From Candidatus Zambryskiibacteriota bacterium (GTDB lineage: Bacteria > Patescibacteriota > Minisyncoccia > Phycocordibacterales > WO2-35-19): 64,000 bases of DNA. The DNA is taken from the NCBI GenBank assembly GCA_016932555.1, contig JAFGCQ010000004.1, positions 990-64,989 of the forward strand, read 5' to 3'. Every line of letters begins with the position of its first letter. Positions within the stretch are counted from its first letter, which is position 1. Both the position numbers and the translations under genes were made by a program. The notes under the pieces are model-generated. The model made no database searches. It had not been told where the DNA came from and saw only the letters and a list, made by a program, of their open reading frames with translations. Shown here piece by piece: positions 31,647-40,824 of the stretch.

Positions 31647-31806
31647 AACTCCTCCTTTCAAATCAAAGATTATTTCAAAATAACTCCTATCCAGTTTTCT
31701 ATCATAAACACAATTAAAAGACAAACCCCGATTGCAAATCTGCAATCGGAGTTATTTTAGAGTCTTGTTACTACCCTAAGTTCTTTAAGGTGGTGAACTG
31801 GGTTGT

Positions 31807-32142
31807 CTATAGTTTTTTATCTTTTAACATTTTCGCCACTGCTATCAGTAAAATTTTTTCATCATCGTCAAATTGGCTATATCTCTCTTTGATTGTTTCT
31901 TCAATAGCAGTTGAGAGAGAAATAGGTTCATCACTCATGAGTTCTGTCAGATCACCCTCAATAATATTAATCTTATTGCAATTACCAAGTTGGCAAAATT
32001 TTTCAGGACGAAGATTAAATTGCCCCTCAGGATTACCGTAAGGACAATTTGAACCATCTACCCAACACTTTTGCTGTTCGTTACACTTGAGTTGTTGAAC
32101 AAAACTCAAAGACAATAAATGTTCCTTAATACTTGATTCCAT
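31807..32142 (-). CDS. Small cysteine-rich protein, hypothetical. It occupies the position normally held by rplA after rplK.
   Basis: 111 aa with six Cys (CxxxxxC ... CxxxxC). GGAGG RBS upstream. Confidence 0.4.
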   Translation of the reverse strand: MESSIKEHLLSLSFVQQLKCNEQQKCWVDGSNCPYGNPEGQFNLRPEKFCQLGNCNKINIIEGDLTELMSDEPISLSTAIEETIKERYSQFDDDEKILLIAVAKMLKDKKL

Positions 32143-32306
32143 GAGAAACCTCCAATGAAAATAAAGATCAAAATTCCTTTTAAATTTTTAGCATACTACC
32201 CAAAAAACAAAAAGACTTGTAGAAAAGTCTTTTTGTTTTGTAATTTATTTTTGTTTTTCCCCTCTCCTGCATCTAGAGGAGGGCAACTTGTGAAGCAAGT
32301 GGGAGG

Positions 32307-32726
32307 TTATCGCACTTCCACTCCCATACTCCTACATTGTCCAGCAATGATCTCTATGGCAGCATCGATGTTATTAGCGTTAAGATCTGGCATTTTAATT
32401 TGAGCTATTTCTTCAAGTTGTTTTCTGGTGATAGTGCCCACCTTTTGAGCTGGCGTTTTGCCAGCACCCTTTTCCAGACCTAAAGCTTTTTTAATAAGAC
32501 TTGAAGCTGGTGGAGTTTTTAATATGAAATCAAAAGTTCGATCTTCATAAACATTAAGTTCAGCCGGAACTAGACCTTCCATATTTTTGGTAGCTTCATT
32601 AAATTTAGTGATAAATTCACCGATATTGATACCAGCCGGACCCAAAGCTGTACCCACCGGCGGAGCCGGCGTAGCTTTTTTTGCTTCTATTACCAACTTT
32701 ATTTTTTTAACTACTTTCTTTGCCAT
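32307..32726 (-). CDS. rplK: 50S ribosomal protein L11
   Basis: [17 protein letters not shown]11 signature. Confidence 0.9.
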   Translation of the reverse strand: MAKKVVKKIKLVIEAKKATPAPPVGTALGPAGINIGEFITKFNEATKNMEGLVPAELNVYEDRTFDFILKTPPASSLIKKALGLEKGAGKTPAQKVGTITRKQLEEIAQIKMPDLNANNIDAAIEIIAGQCRSMGVEVR

Positions 32727-32736
32727 AATTGTTAAT

Positions 32737-33282
32737 TTATATCTTCTTTACCTGCAAAAAGTCAAGCTCTACTGGAGTTTCGCGACCAAACATTGGGACC
32801 AAAACTTTAACCTTACCTTGTTCTTCATTAACTTCACCCACCTTGCCTTCCAAATCTTTAAAGGGTCCATCTATAATCCTTACTGATTCATCAAGAGAAA
32901 GATCAATATTATGTTTTACTTTATCAGAATGCATCCTGTTAAATAGCTCCTCTATTTCTTTTTTATCCAAAGGTACCGGAAAAACTCCAGCGCCAACAAA
33001 TCCTGTTACTCGAGGAGTGTTTCGAACCACATACCAAGAATCATCAGTTACAATCATATCTACCAGTACATAACCTGGATAAATTTTTTCTTCCTCTTCA
33101 ACTCGTTTATTACCCTTTATCTTGATCTTTTTTTCAGTTGGGACAATAACATCAAAAATTTTATCCTCCATACCCAAAGATTCTATGCGCTGTTTTAGAT
33201 TTCTCATTACAGCATTTTCATAACCAGAATAAGTATGAACAGCATACCAATTTCTTTCGCTTCTTATTTGTTGTTTGCTCAT
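32737..33282 (-). CDS. nusG: Transcription termination/antitermination factor NusG
   Basis: NGN domain [12 protein letters not shown] and C-terminal KOW. Confidence 0.9.
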   Translation of the reverse strand: MSKQQIRSERNWYAVHTYSGYENAVMRNLKQRIESLGMEDKIFDVIVPTEKKIKIKGNKRVEEEEKIYPGYVLVDMIVTDDSWYVVRNTPRVTGFVGAGVFPVPLDKKEIEELFNRMHSDKVKHNIDLSLDESVRIIDGPFKDLEGKVGEVNEEQGKVKVLVPMFGRETPVELDFLQVKKI

Positions 33283-33287
33283 ATGAT

Positions 33288-33386
33288 CGAATATTACGAA
33301 TAAGATCGAATGATACGAATCCTATTTTTGCTATTAATTTGATTGTTCTTTATTTGTAGCATTCGATTAAATTTGTGGTTATTCGC
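33288..33386. repeat. 99-bp intergenic repeat element (CGAATA-iteron type), copy B. It fills the secE/nusG spacer.
   Basis: 98 of 99 positions are identical to 23439-23537. Confidence 0.9.
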
Positions 33387-33389
33387 AGA

Positions 33390-33566
33390 TTAAATAAAGA
33401 AACTAAGAATTTTAGAAAATATAAAATCAAAAAAACCTAAAAATATAGACACCAAAATAGATATTACAACCACTACTATTGAAAAAATTATAGACTGTTT
33501 TCTAGTAGGCCAGTTAACATGAGAAAGTTCGTTTTTAGTTTCTTTTATGTAATTTGTTAAAGACAT
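33390..33566 (-). CDS. secE: Preprotein translocase subunit SecE (58 aa; below the ORF-track length cutoff)
   Basis: Minus-strand ORF MSLTNYIKETKNELSHVNWPTRKQSIIFSIVVVVISILVSIFLGFFDFIFSKILSFFI with a single TM helix. Conserved position upstream of nusG. TTGACA-17-TATTAT promoter upstream. Confidence 0.7.
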   Translation of the reverse strand: MSLTNYIKETKNELSHVNWPTRKQSIIFSIVVVVISILVSIFLGFFDFIFSKILSFFI

Positions 33567-33706
33567 AGTATAAATTTCTAATTTTAATTAATTCTATCAA
33601 AAAACCCCGTCTGGGGTTGTTTGATTATACTTCAATAATACACAAACCACAATTCTTGTCAAATTTATATTCATGACATTTGATCTCATTCACGGTTATT
33701 CGAGAG

Positions 33707-34519
33707 TTATTTGATTTCGTAAGTAATAGTTATATTAGAAGTAATCTTGGTTTCTCCGGCAGGCAAATCAGCCGCCATCGGTACCGCAGATACAGCCATC
33801 TCTTCCACTCCACCACCTCGGCCATAAGCTTCGTAAGGATAAACTCCATTTTCATTATAGTACATAATTTTACCTAAGCGCACTCCAAGTTGGTTAGCTA
33901 GAATTTTAGCTTTTTCTTTGGCTTTTTTGATAGCCTCTTCTCTAGCTTCTGCGATATATTTATCCCTATTATCAACAGTGAATTCCATTCCGCTTATATT
34001 TGAAACACCAATATTGCCGATTTTAGTTACTAAATTGCCAGCTTTATCAGTTTCTTTAATTTTAACAGTAATAGTTTGATTAACTTCATAGCCCACTAAA
34101 ACTTGTTTGCTAGTTGGGCAAGGGTAGGTAACGCAAGCTACTCTATTCCATTCATATTTAGGATAAACATTATAACCGATAGTTTTGATATCTTTATCTT
34201 CTATCCCCTCTTCCTCAAGAATAGACAGGGCTTTATTAATTTTTTGCTCAGCTTTCTCTTGAGCACCAGCTACAGTATCACTAATCTCAACTACAGAAAA
34301 ATTAAATGTAGCGATATCAGGAATAGCATAAGCTTCACCCTCACCAGAAACTGAAATTGTAGATTGAGGATAAAATTCATCACCGATAGTTGGTATAGTC
34401 TTAAGTTCACTTATAACTTTAGTTAAGAGAAAAGCCGAAAGCAACATTAAAGAAATAGCTGCCCACTTAGAGATTCTTTTAAATCCTTCTTCACCTAAAA
34501 ACTGATTAAACATATTCAT
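33707..34519 (-). CDS. SIMPL-domain (DUF541) secreted/periplasmic protein
   Basis: N-terminal TM/signal segment, ISVSGEGEAYAIPDIATFNFSV pattern. Confidence 0.55.
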   Translation of the reverse strand: MNMFNQFLGEEGFKRISKWAAISLMLLSAFLLTKVISELKTIPTIGDEFYPQSTISVSGEGEAYAIPDIATFNFSVVEISDTVAGAQEKAEQKINKALSILEEEGIEDKDIKTIGYNVYPKYEWNRVACVTYPCPTSKQVLVGYEVNQTITVKIKETDKAGNLVTKIGNIGVSNISGMEFTVDNRDKYIAEAREEAIKKAKEKAKILANQLGVRLGKIMYYNENGVYPYEAYGRGGGVEEMAVSAVPMAADLPAGETKITSNITITYEIK

Positions 34520-34544
34520 ATTTTTATAATTAATAAATGATAAT

Positions 34545-35363
34545 TTATAGATTATAGTAGCATAAATCTGATAAATTTTGAAATAAACAAGCTATAGTTA
34601 GAGGTCCGATACCTCCCGGTACTGGTGAAATTGCTTTTAATTTATTAACTAATTCAGTAAAATCAACATCGCCCACTATTCTATCTTTCATCTTGTTTAT
34701 TCCTACATCAATAACTACCTGTTCTGGATTTATAAATTTCTCCGTTATAATACCTGCTTTACCGACAGCTGAAATTAATAAGTCGCATTTTTTTGCAATT
34801 TTTTCCGGATTTTTGGTATTGATGTCACAGCGAAAAACTTTTGCACCTCTTTTTTCAAGCTCATCAGCTATAGGTTTACCAGCTAAAATTGACTGGCCTA
34901 TAACTGCCGCTTTTTTGTCTTTAATTTCAAAATTATAAAAATTTAACAACGATATAACTGCACGTGCTGTGGCTGGAATAATTCCACTTCCTGATACTAG
35001 CCCGTCTACATCTTTTCTTTTATCAATCAAATTTATTATCTTTTCTGAATCAAAACCTTTAGACCTGCCTGCGCAAGCAGGTAATGGTAACTGTACAATA
35101 ATTCCATCTACGCTTTTATCTCCATTTAATTTTTTAATCTCTTCTATTAATTCTTTCTCAGTAATATCTTCGTTAAAATTCTTTAACAAAACTTCTACTC
35201 CGATCTCCTCTCCAAATTTGCGCTTGTTTTTAATATAAATACTTGAATCCGGCCGATCTCCAACTTGCACAATGGCTAAACAAGGCTTGCAGCCCAATTT
35301 TTTTACCCTCCTTATTAAATCTTCTTTAATTTTCTCCTTAACAGGAGCCCCATATAAAATCAT
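34545..35363 (-). CDS. folD: Bifunctional methylenetetrahydrofolate dehydrogenase/cyclohydrolase
   Basis: FolD patterns IVQVGDRPDS, LPLP, DVDG, GIGP. 272 aa. Confidence 0.85.
   Translation of the reverse strand: MILYGAPVKEKIKEDLIRRVKKLGCKPCLAIVQVGDRPDSSIYIKNKRKFGEEIGVEVLLKNFNEDITEKELIEEIKKLNGDKSVDGIIVQLPLPACAGRSKGFDSEKIINLIDKRKDVDGLVSGSGIIPATARAVISLLNFYNFEIKDKKAAVIGQSILAGKPIADELEKRGAKVFRCDINTKNPEKIAKKCDLLISAVGKAGIITEKFINPEQVVIDVGINKMKDRIVGDVDFTELVNKLKAISPVPGGIGPLTIACLFQNLSDLCYYNL
35064..35081. repeat. GC-rich palindrome CCTGCCTGCGCA(a)GCAGG, copy 2 (one mismatch). It lies in-frame inside folD and encodes PACAGR.
   Basis: 17 of 18 positions match the 1432-1449 and 61389-61406 palindrome. It sits where orthologous FolD has a shorter LPLPA-G segment. 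Confidence 0.75.
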
Positions 35364-35366
35364 GAT

Positions 35367-35963
35367 ATGATGATATATATGGATCCCAAAGAAATCAAAT
35401 GGCAGAGATTAAAGAAAATTGTTTTTATTGCTTTTTTGGTTGCTATTGTTGCCAGTCTCATTATTTATTGGGTGTATGGTGAAAATTTTGAGCTGGAAAA
35501 TTTAAAATATCATATAAGCGAATTTGGTATTTGGGCGCCTCTTATTTTTATAATTCTTTTCACTATCAGCACCATTTTCATTCCCTCCACACCATTTATG
35601 ATAATTGGTGGTATTTTGTTCGGCTTTAAATTAGGGTTTTTCTATTCTATAACTGGAGGAATGGCAAGCGCCATTATAGTTTTTTACATTGCCAGAAGTT
35701 TGGGTAAATCAAATATAGAAAAAATACTGGAAAATAAATATCTAAAACCTCTAGATAAATATAACGGCCGTTTAGAATCAGGAGGAATTTGGGATCTTAT
35801 ATTCTTAAGGCTTTTGCCGATAATGCCTTTTAATGTTTTGAATATCTTAATGGGAGTTTCTAAAATAAATTTAAGGAATTATATAATAGGAACTCTCATA
35901 GGGTTCCTGCCAAATAATGCTTTAACTATTTATCTGGGAATTTTAGCTATAAAATTATTTTGA
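35367..35963 (+). CDS. DedA/TVP38/TMEM64-family membrane protein
   Basis: Multi-TM protein with the TVP38-like loop region GGILFGFKLGFFYS. Confidence 0.6.
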   Translation: MMIYMDPKEIKWQRLKKIVFIAFLVAIVASLIIYWVYGENFELENLKYHISEFGIWAPLIFIILFTISTIFIPSTPFMIIGGILFGFKLGFFYSITGGMASAIIVFYIARSLGKSNIEKILENKYLKPLDKYNGRLESGGIWDLIFLRLLPIMPFNVLNILMGVSKINLRNYIIGTLIGFLPNNALTIYLGILAIKLF

Positions 35964-36353
35964 GTTATTACTATTTTTTCTATCTGCTTCGCCTATTACT
36001 CTCTCTATATCTTGAGCAATAGACTGCAAACTTTCATCTGACTTTATGACATAACCAACTGCACCCATAGACATTACATCACTTATCTTTTTAACGCTGG
36101 AAAGGTTTGAAGAAACCAAAATAGGCACTTTGGGCAAATCTTTTGACTCTTGAAGTTTTCTCAAGAATGCGGTGCCATCTAACTTAGGCATCATAAGATC
36201 TAGAATTATTAAATCAGGTTTTTCAGATTTAAGTTTTTCTAAGCCTACTTCTCCATCTTCCGCTACTAGTAATTCATATTTTTCCGCCGGCAAAGCTTTT
36301 TCTAAGGTTTTTGCAAAAAATTGATCGTCATCTATAACTAAAATTTTCTTCAT
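35955..36353 (-). CDS. Stand-alone receiver-domain response regulator
   Basis: ILVIDDDQFF ... DLIILDLMMPKLDG. Confidence 0.75.
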   Translation of the reverse strand: MKKILVIDDDQFFAKTLEKALPAEKYELLVAEDGEVGLEKLKSEKPDLIILDLMMPKLDGTAFLRKLQESKDLPKVPILVSSNLSSVKKISDVMSMGAVGYVIKSDESLQSIAQDIERVIGEADRKNSNNSK

Positions 36354-36389
36354 ATTGAATTATTATTTTGTAATATTTTTATATTAACA

Positions 36390-38165
36390 TTAACTGAGCG
36401 GGATAGTAAAGAAGAAGCTTGAACCTATACCTTCTCTTGAAACCACTCCAACATTGCCACTGTGAGCTTCAGCAATGCCTTTAGCAATTACCAATCCTAA
36501 TCCTGTACCTTTACTTTCATCGTCAATCTGATCCATCTTAACCTGCTTGTAGGTTTGGAATAAATCTTTTAAATGATCTTGAGAAATACCTATTCCCGTA
36601 TCTGAAACTACAACACAAAGAGACGGTTTTCTTATTCTAAAATTAGAAATTTCGGGAAAAACCTTAAATTTATCCTTGTTTATGTTTATAGAAAAATTGC
36701 TTTTAGAATCTAGAGTAAAAGCAGAAACTAAAATAGAACCACCTTGGGAAGTAAATTTCATAGCATTGGAAATAAAGTTATTCAGGATTTGTTTAACTGC
36801 TTGAGGATCGAATTTGATTATTTCTGGAATATTTTCACTAAGAGAACTTTCTAGAGACAAATTTTTACTGTTAGCTGAAATTTTAAAGAAGGTGATTCTA
36901 TTTTCTATCACATTTTTTATGTTTGCATCTTCTTTGTTTATCTCAAATTTACCGGCCTGCAATTTAGAGAGATCTAGAATATCATTGACCATCTCCAGCA
37001 TAGACGATGAGCTTTGATGAGCCATGTTCAAATATTCTTTATACTCATCAGAATCGGCTTTGATAGAACCAGCAACCATAAGTTCTATAATTTTCTTTAT
37101 GCTATCTAGAGGTGATCGGAGTTCGTGAACAATCATAGAAGTGAATTCTTCTCTGACTTTTTCAAGTTCTATGTCATGAGTAATATCATGAAAAACTACT
37201 ACTGCTCCAAGGTTTTTGTTTTTATTTTTTTCTGGAGAATGGACTACTGGATAAACGCCAATTTCAAAAAATGTATTATCAATTTCTATTCTTTTTGAAA
37301 TATAGGGCTCATTTTTAGAAATAGCTTCTTCTAAACGGCCATGAATATCAAATTTGCCCCCTAAATTATCTACAAAATCAAAAATGCTCAAAACTTTATC
37401 CTTTTCAGAATAATTAAAATTTATAATTCTCTTAACTGCCGGGTTGGCGACTACTATTCTATATTCCGGATCAACCATTAAAACTCCATCGCCCATACTT
37501 TCAACCATAGCATTCAATTTACCCTGCTCTATTTTAACTACTTCTTGCAACCTAGAAACTGCTTCTGAAGCTTGTCCTGTAATTTTGTAGAGGATAGTCA
37601 TATCTTCCTCTTTATAAAGACCGGTTTCTGTATGAGCAATAGTTAAAACACCAGCCACTTGACCACTAATAACTAATGGAATATTAAATAAGGAACCGAC
37701 TTTCTTTTTTACTTCATCTACGATAATAGCTCCCGAAATTACTTCATCAAAATCTGAAAGTTTTATATTTTTATTAGTTAAAGCAGAAAGAGAAGCCGCC
37801 ATGCTTTTTTTTATATCATTTAAAAACTTGTAGTTAACGGATTTTTCAATATGAATATTTACTTTTATCTTTTCAGGAGTAGTGACCGCATAACCCACAG
37901 CTGTGTAATCAATAAATTGAATGAGTGAGCCAGTAATAATTTGTAATATTTCTTCAACATTTAAAGAATAGCCCGCCCTTACACCTAACTCTTTAAGAAT
38001 AGACAGTTCATAAAGTCGGCGACTAGATTCTTCTCTTTCCTTAACAATAGCTTTTTTTTGGTTTATTAAATAAAAAATCAAATAAAAAACTAGGCCTAAA
38101 AGTACTAATAGGCCTACTAGACACGAAATTAGAGTGCCTGAAGAAAAAGCTAGCATTTTAGACAT
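36390..38165 (-). CDS. Sensor histidine kinase (TM + PAS/GAF-like + HisKA + HATPase_c)
   Basis: H-box MIVHELRSPL, N/G1/G2 boxes (DTGIGIS, GTGLGL). Confidence 0.85.
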   Translation of the reverse strand: MSKMLAFSSGTLISCLVGLLVLLGLVFYLIFYLINQKKAIVKEREESSRRLYELSILKELGVRAGYSLNVEEILQIITGSLIQFIDYTAVGYAVTTPEKIKVNIHIEKSVNYKFLNDIKKSMAASLSALTNKNIKLSDFDEVISGAIIVDEVKKKVGSLFNIPLVISGQVAGVLTIAHTETGLYKEEDMTILYKITGQASEAVSRLQEVVKIEQGKLNAMVESMGDGVLMVDPEYRIVVANPAVKRIINFNYSEKDKVLSIFDFVDNLGGKFDIHGRLEEAISKNEPYISKRIEIDNTFFEIGVYPVVHSPEKNKNKNLGAVVVFHDITHDIELEKVREEFTSMIVHELRSPLDSIKKIIELMVAGSIKADSDEYKEYLNMAHQSSSSMLEMVNDILDLSKLQAGKFEINKEDANIKNVIENRITFFKISANSKNLSLESSLSENIPEIIKFDPQAVKQILNNFISNAMKFTSQGGSILVSAFTLDSKSNFSININKDKFKVFPEISNFRIRKPSLCVVVSDTGIGISQDHLKDLFQTYKQVKMDQIDDESKGTGLGLVIAKGIAEAHSGNVGVVSREGIGSSFFFTIPLS

Positions 38166-38595
38166 TCATTACGCCTTTGAGTAGTTTATTAGCACCAACA
38201 ACCATAAAAATATACCCCATTGCAAAAAAGGCGGTGCTTATAATATTAAACCAGATACCAGGGAACCAAGAGTTCATGAAAACCGCAATAGTGCCTAAGA
38301 CAATAAATAACATCCCCAAGCTGATAAAATTCAAGATAGAACCAAAAAGACCTCCTTTAAGCTTTTTAACTGCCCTAAAAACCAAATAAGTAGCAATAAG
38401 ACCAATAACAACAGAAAGTAATAACGAAAGATCACTAGTAAAACGAGAAGCATAAGCGATACCATCATTAGAAATGGAAAAATTAACTTGTTGGGCTAAA
38501 ACTAATTTCGGTGAGATGATTCCTATCATACTTATCAATAAAAACTTCTTCATTTTGTTAGAAGCCTTTATTTTTTTGTTTTTTTGCTTTTTCAT
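38158..38595 (-). CDS. Membrane protein, hypothetical
   Basis: 145 aa with signal peptide and multiple TM helices. Confidence 0.4.
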   Translation of the reverse strand: MKKQKNKKIKASNKMKKFLLISMIGIISPKLVLAQQVNFSISNDGIAYASRFTSDLSLLLSVVIGLIATYLVFRAVKKLKGGLFGSILNFISLGMLFIVLGTIAVFMNSWFPGIWFNIISTAFFAMGYIFMVVGANKLLKGVMNV

Positions 38596-38647
38596 TTTTG
38601 TTTAACCCGTTAGTTTTTTAGTCTCTAACGGGATTCATATTTTTTAT

Positions 38648-38920
38648 TTACTTATTAAATTGAATTGATGGATATTTTTCAAAAATAGAGTTGACAGCAT
38701 TTCTAACAATTTCACCAGAAAGCGCTACATATTCATCTATCAATTTCTGCAATATCGCTTGTTCAGAATCGTTAATCTCAGTTACTTCTCCATCGTCAGT
38801 AACTTTTAAACCCTGAATATTTCGAGCTTTAAGTACTGCAATTTGCGGACCCAAAATAACAATTTGTTTCTTGATAATTTCAGTCAATATTTGTTTGTAA
38901 TCTACATTTTGATTATCCAT
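38648..38920 (-). CDS. hypothetical protein
   Basis: 90-aa ORF with no recognisable motif. Confidence 0.3.
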   Translation of the reverse strand: MDNQNVDYKQILTEIIKKQIVILGPQIAVLKARNIQGLKVTDDGEVTEINDSEQAILQKLIDEYVALSGEIVRNAVNSIFEKYPSIQFNK

Positions 38921-39026
38921 TCCGTTTTTAAATTAGGTGGTAATGTGTTATTTACATTATATCAAAATAATTCTCTTGCATTTTGTTGTTGTGGATTGCT
39001 CAAACAAAAATAGGGTCTATATCTTG

Positions 39027-39099
39027 GGGTGACTAGCCGGATTCGAACCGGCGAAGACGGCTCCACAAACCGTCGTGTTACCACTACACCATAGTCACC
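39027..39099 (-). tRNA. tRNA-His (anticodon GTG)
   Basis: Acceptor GGTGACT/AGTCACC, anticodon stem ACGGT/GCCGT with loop TTGTGGA, T arm GCCGG-TTCGAAT-CCGGC. No genomically encoded G-1. Confidence 0.75.
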
Positions 39100-39146
39100 A
39101 TAAAAACTTTAATATTCTGACACAAAAAACTTCAATTTGCCAGATT

Positions 39147-39797
39147 TTAAAGGTAATCCGGCGACTCTTCCGCAATACCTACTTTATGATTAGCATAGCG
39201 AGCCAAAGCGTAAAGAGCACTTGAAAGCCGATTGATATAAGCTTTAGTTTGTTTACTAATATGTTTTTTATGGTTTTCGGGCTTATTATCATTTTGGGAT
39301 ATTGGTAATTCTGGCTGTAATACTTCTTCCGATAAGGTAATTATTCTCCTTTCGGCCCTGCGAGCAATAGTGCGAGCAATATCAAAGAGAGTACTGAGCC
39401 CCGCTCCACCAAGCTGCCATTTGGTCATTTCTGCCGAACCACCAGCAATAAAAAAAGAATTTACTGGTGATAATTCTTTTTCAATTTCATCTATAATATC
39501 TTCTAGTTCTTTAACTTTTGTTTTATCAATTCTATTATTATTACCCCAAACTTCAGATTGGATTATGAAAAGATTCTTCTGCATTTCATGAACAATTTCT
39601 GCTAAAGTTCTTTTTCCCAATTTATAATCCAGATGGATAGACTGAACTTTACAAAGCCCTAAAAAAGAATTGATTTCATCTAATACACCAAGAGCTTCAG
39701 CGGTAGTTGAACTTTTAGCGATTCTTTGATCGCAACCCCAGTTCATTTTGCCATTATTCCCATTTTTTATGTAAAGCATATATTTAAATAAATCCAC
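39147..39797 (-). CDS. PduO-type ATP:cob(I)alamin adenosyltransferase-family protein
   Basis: VLDEINSFLGLC and C-terminal YINRLSSALYALARY patterns. Confidence 0.55.
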   Translation of the reverse strand: MDLFKYMLYIKNGNNGKMNWGCDQRIAKSSTTAEALGVLDEINSFLGLCKVQSIHLDYKLGKRTLAEIVHEMQKNLFIIQSEVWGNNNRIDKTKVKELEDIIDEIEKELSPVNSFFIAGGSAEMTKWQLGGAGLSTLFDIARTIARRAERRIITLSEEVLQPELPISQNDNKPENHKKHISKQTKAYINRLSSALYALARYANHKVGIAEESPDYL

Positions 39798-39841
39798 AAT
39801 TAAAAACCAGTAAGAAAATTTCTTATTAAATTTTGGAGTTA

Positions 39842-40081
39842 TTAAACTTTGTTAACTTCAGTCCCTTCCTTAACCAGATTATCTACCTTCATACCAACGA
39901 CATCACCAGCAGAAGCTTTCTCTACCGACTTGTGTTCAACCTGAAGTGAAGCTATTTCTTGCTCAAAATCAGCACCATGGCCCTCAAATTTGATTTTATC
40001 ACCAATCTTAATTGAAGCTTCAAGCTCGATAATAGCAACTCCAATATTATTAAAATAATGTATTACTTTCCCGACCTTCAT
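39842..40081 (-). CDS. Small hypothetical protein (EF-Tu domain-2-like beta-barrel?). The start is uncertain: TTG at 40081 or an in-frame ATG at 40108.
   Basis: 79-88-aa ORF. A TATAAT box sits 7 nt upstream of the TTG start. Confidence 0.35.
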   Translation of the reverse strand: MKVGKVIHYFNNIGVAIIELEASIKIGDKIKFEGHGADFEQEIASLQVEHKSVEKASAGDVVGMKVDNLVKEGTEVNKV

Positions 40082-40112
40082 AATAAGTGATTATACCACA
40101 AAAATTGCATAT

Positions 40113-40208
40113 GTGGTCTTTGTGCTCGGGACAGGACTTGCACCTGCACGTCTTACGACACACGCACCTCAAGCGTGCCTGGCTACTAAATTACAGCACC
40201 CGAGCATT
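40113..40208 (-). ncRNA. Candidate structured small RNA / 5' leader. GC-rich, with its own sigma70-like promoter.
   Basis: Minus-strand promoter TTGAAA (40242-40237), 16 nt spacer, TATACT (40220-40215). Transcript of about 95 nt enclosed by an 8-bp helix TGCTCGGG...CCCGAGCA. Internal GUAA-tetraloop hairpin with symmetric AGGUGC/AGGUGC internal loop. Confidence 0.4.
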
Positions 40209-40245
40209 CATTTTAAAGTATAGCTACTTTCCCAGGTTTTTCAAA

Positions 40246-40268
40246 TTTAAAATCACCCCTCGGGGTGA
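40246..40268 (-). terminator. Rho-independent terminator after rplS
   Basis: ATCACCCC-GA-GGGGTGAT stem followed by TTTT on the minus strand. Confidence 0.7.
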
Positions 40269-40272
40269 TCCT

Positions 40273-40752
40273 TTATTCTGATTTTTCTTCAGTTTTTTCC
40301 TCTGTTCCATTATCTGCTTTAGCAGATTCTTCAGAATCATTTACTTTTGTTTGTGTGTTTGTGTCAAATTCTTCTTCTACTTCAGGTACTTCCTTGATAT
40401 TTCTCATTTGCCTTCTAACTTCCTTGGTTGCCTTTTCGCGGATATGATAAAGCTTGGCGCGGCGGACCTTAGATCTTTTTATCACTTCTATTTTTTCAAT
40501 AGCTGGAGAATAAATTGGAAATATTCTTTCTACTCCTACTCCGCTAGCCATTTTACGAATAGTGAGAGTACCTCCAGCTTCTTTGCCATGCTTTACTGCC
40601 AAACAAAGACCTTCAAAATCTTGCAGGCGAGTTTTCGGCTTACCGGTTTTTTTATCCTTTTCAACAATTTTTTGAGTCACACAAATAGTATCTCCAGAAC
40701 GAATATCTAAGTTTTTGCGTTTCTCTATGTCTATTGGTGATATCTTGATCAT
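40273..40752 (-). CDS. rplS: 50S ribosomal protein L19, with an acidic C-terminal extension
   Basis: GDTICVTQKIVE ... RLQDFEGLCLAVKHG ... GVERIFPIYSPAIEKIEV. Unusual location directly after rplB. Confidence 0.8.
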   Translation of the reverse strand: MIKISPIDIEKRKNLDIRSGDTICVTQKIVEKDKKTGKPKTRLQDFEGLCLAVKHGKEAGGTLTIRKMASGVGVERIFPIYSPAIEKIEVIKRSKVRRAKLYHIREKATKEVRRQMRNIKEVPEVEEEFDTNTQTKVNDSEESAKADNGTEEKTEEKSE

Positions 40753-40824
40753 AATTTTTATTTTAAGTTTTCGAATTATGAATCTTGAATTATGCTTAAT
40801 TCTTAATTCATACCTCTTGCCTGA

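Noticed and set aside
40090-40245. SRP (4.5S/ffs) RNA as the identity of the GC-rich structured RNA downstream of rplS
   Set aside because: It has a long closing helix and an apical tetraloop. It lacks the domain-IV consensus (GGAAGGAAGCAGCC and the characteristic asymmetric loop). It is left as an unclassified candidate RNA.
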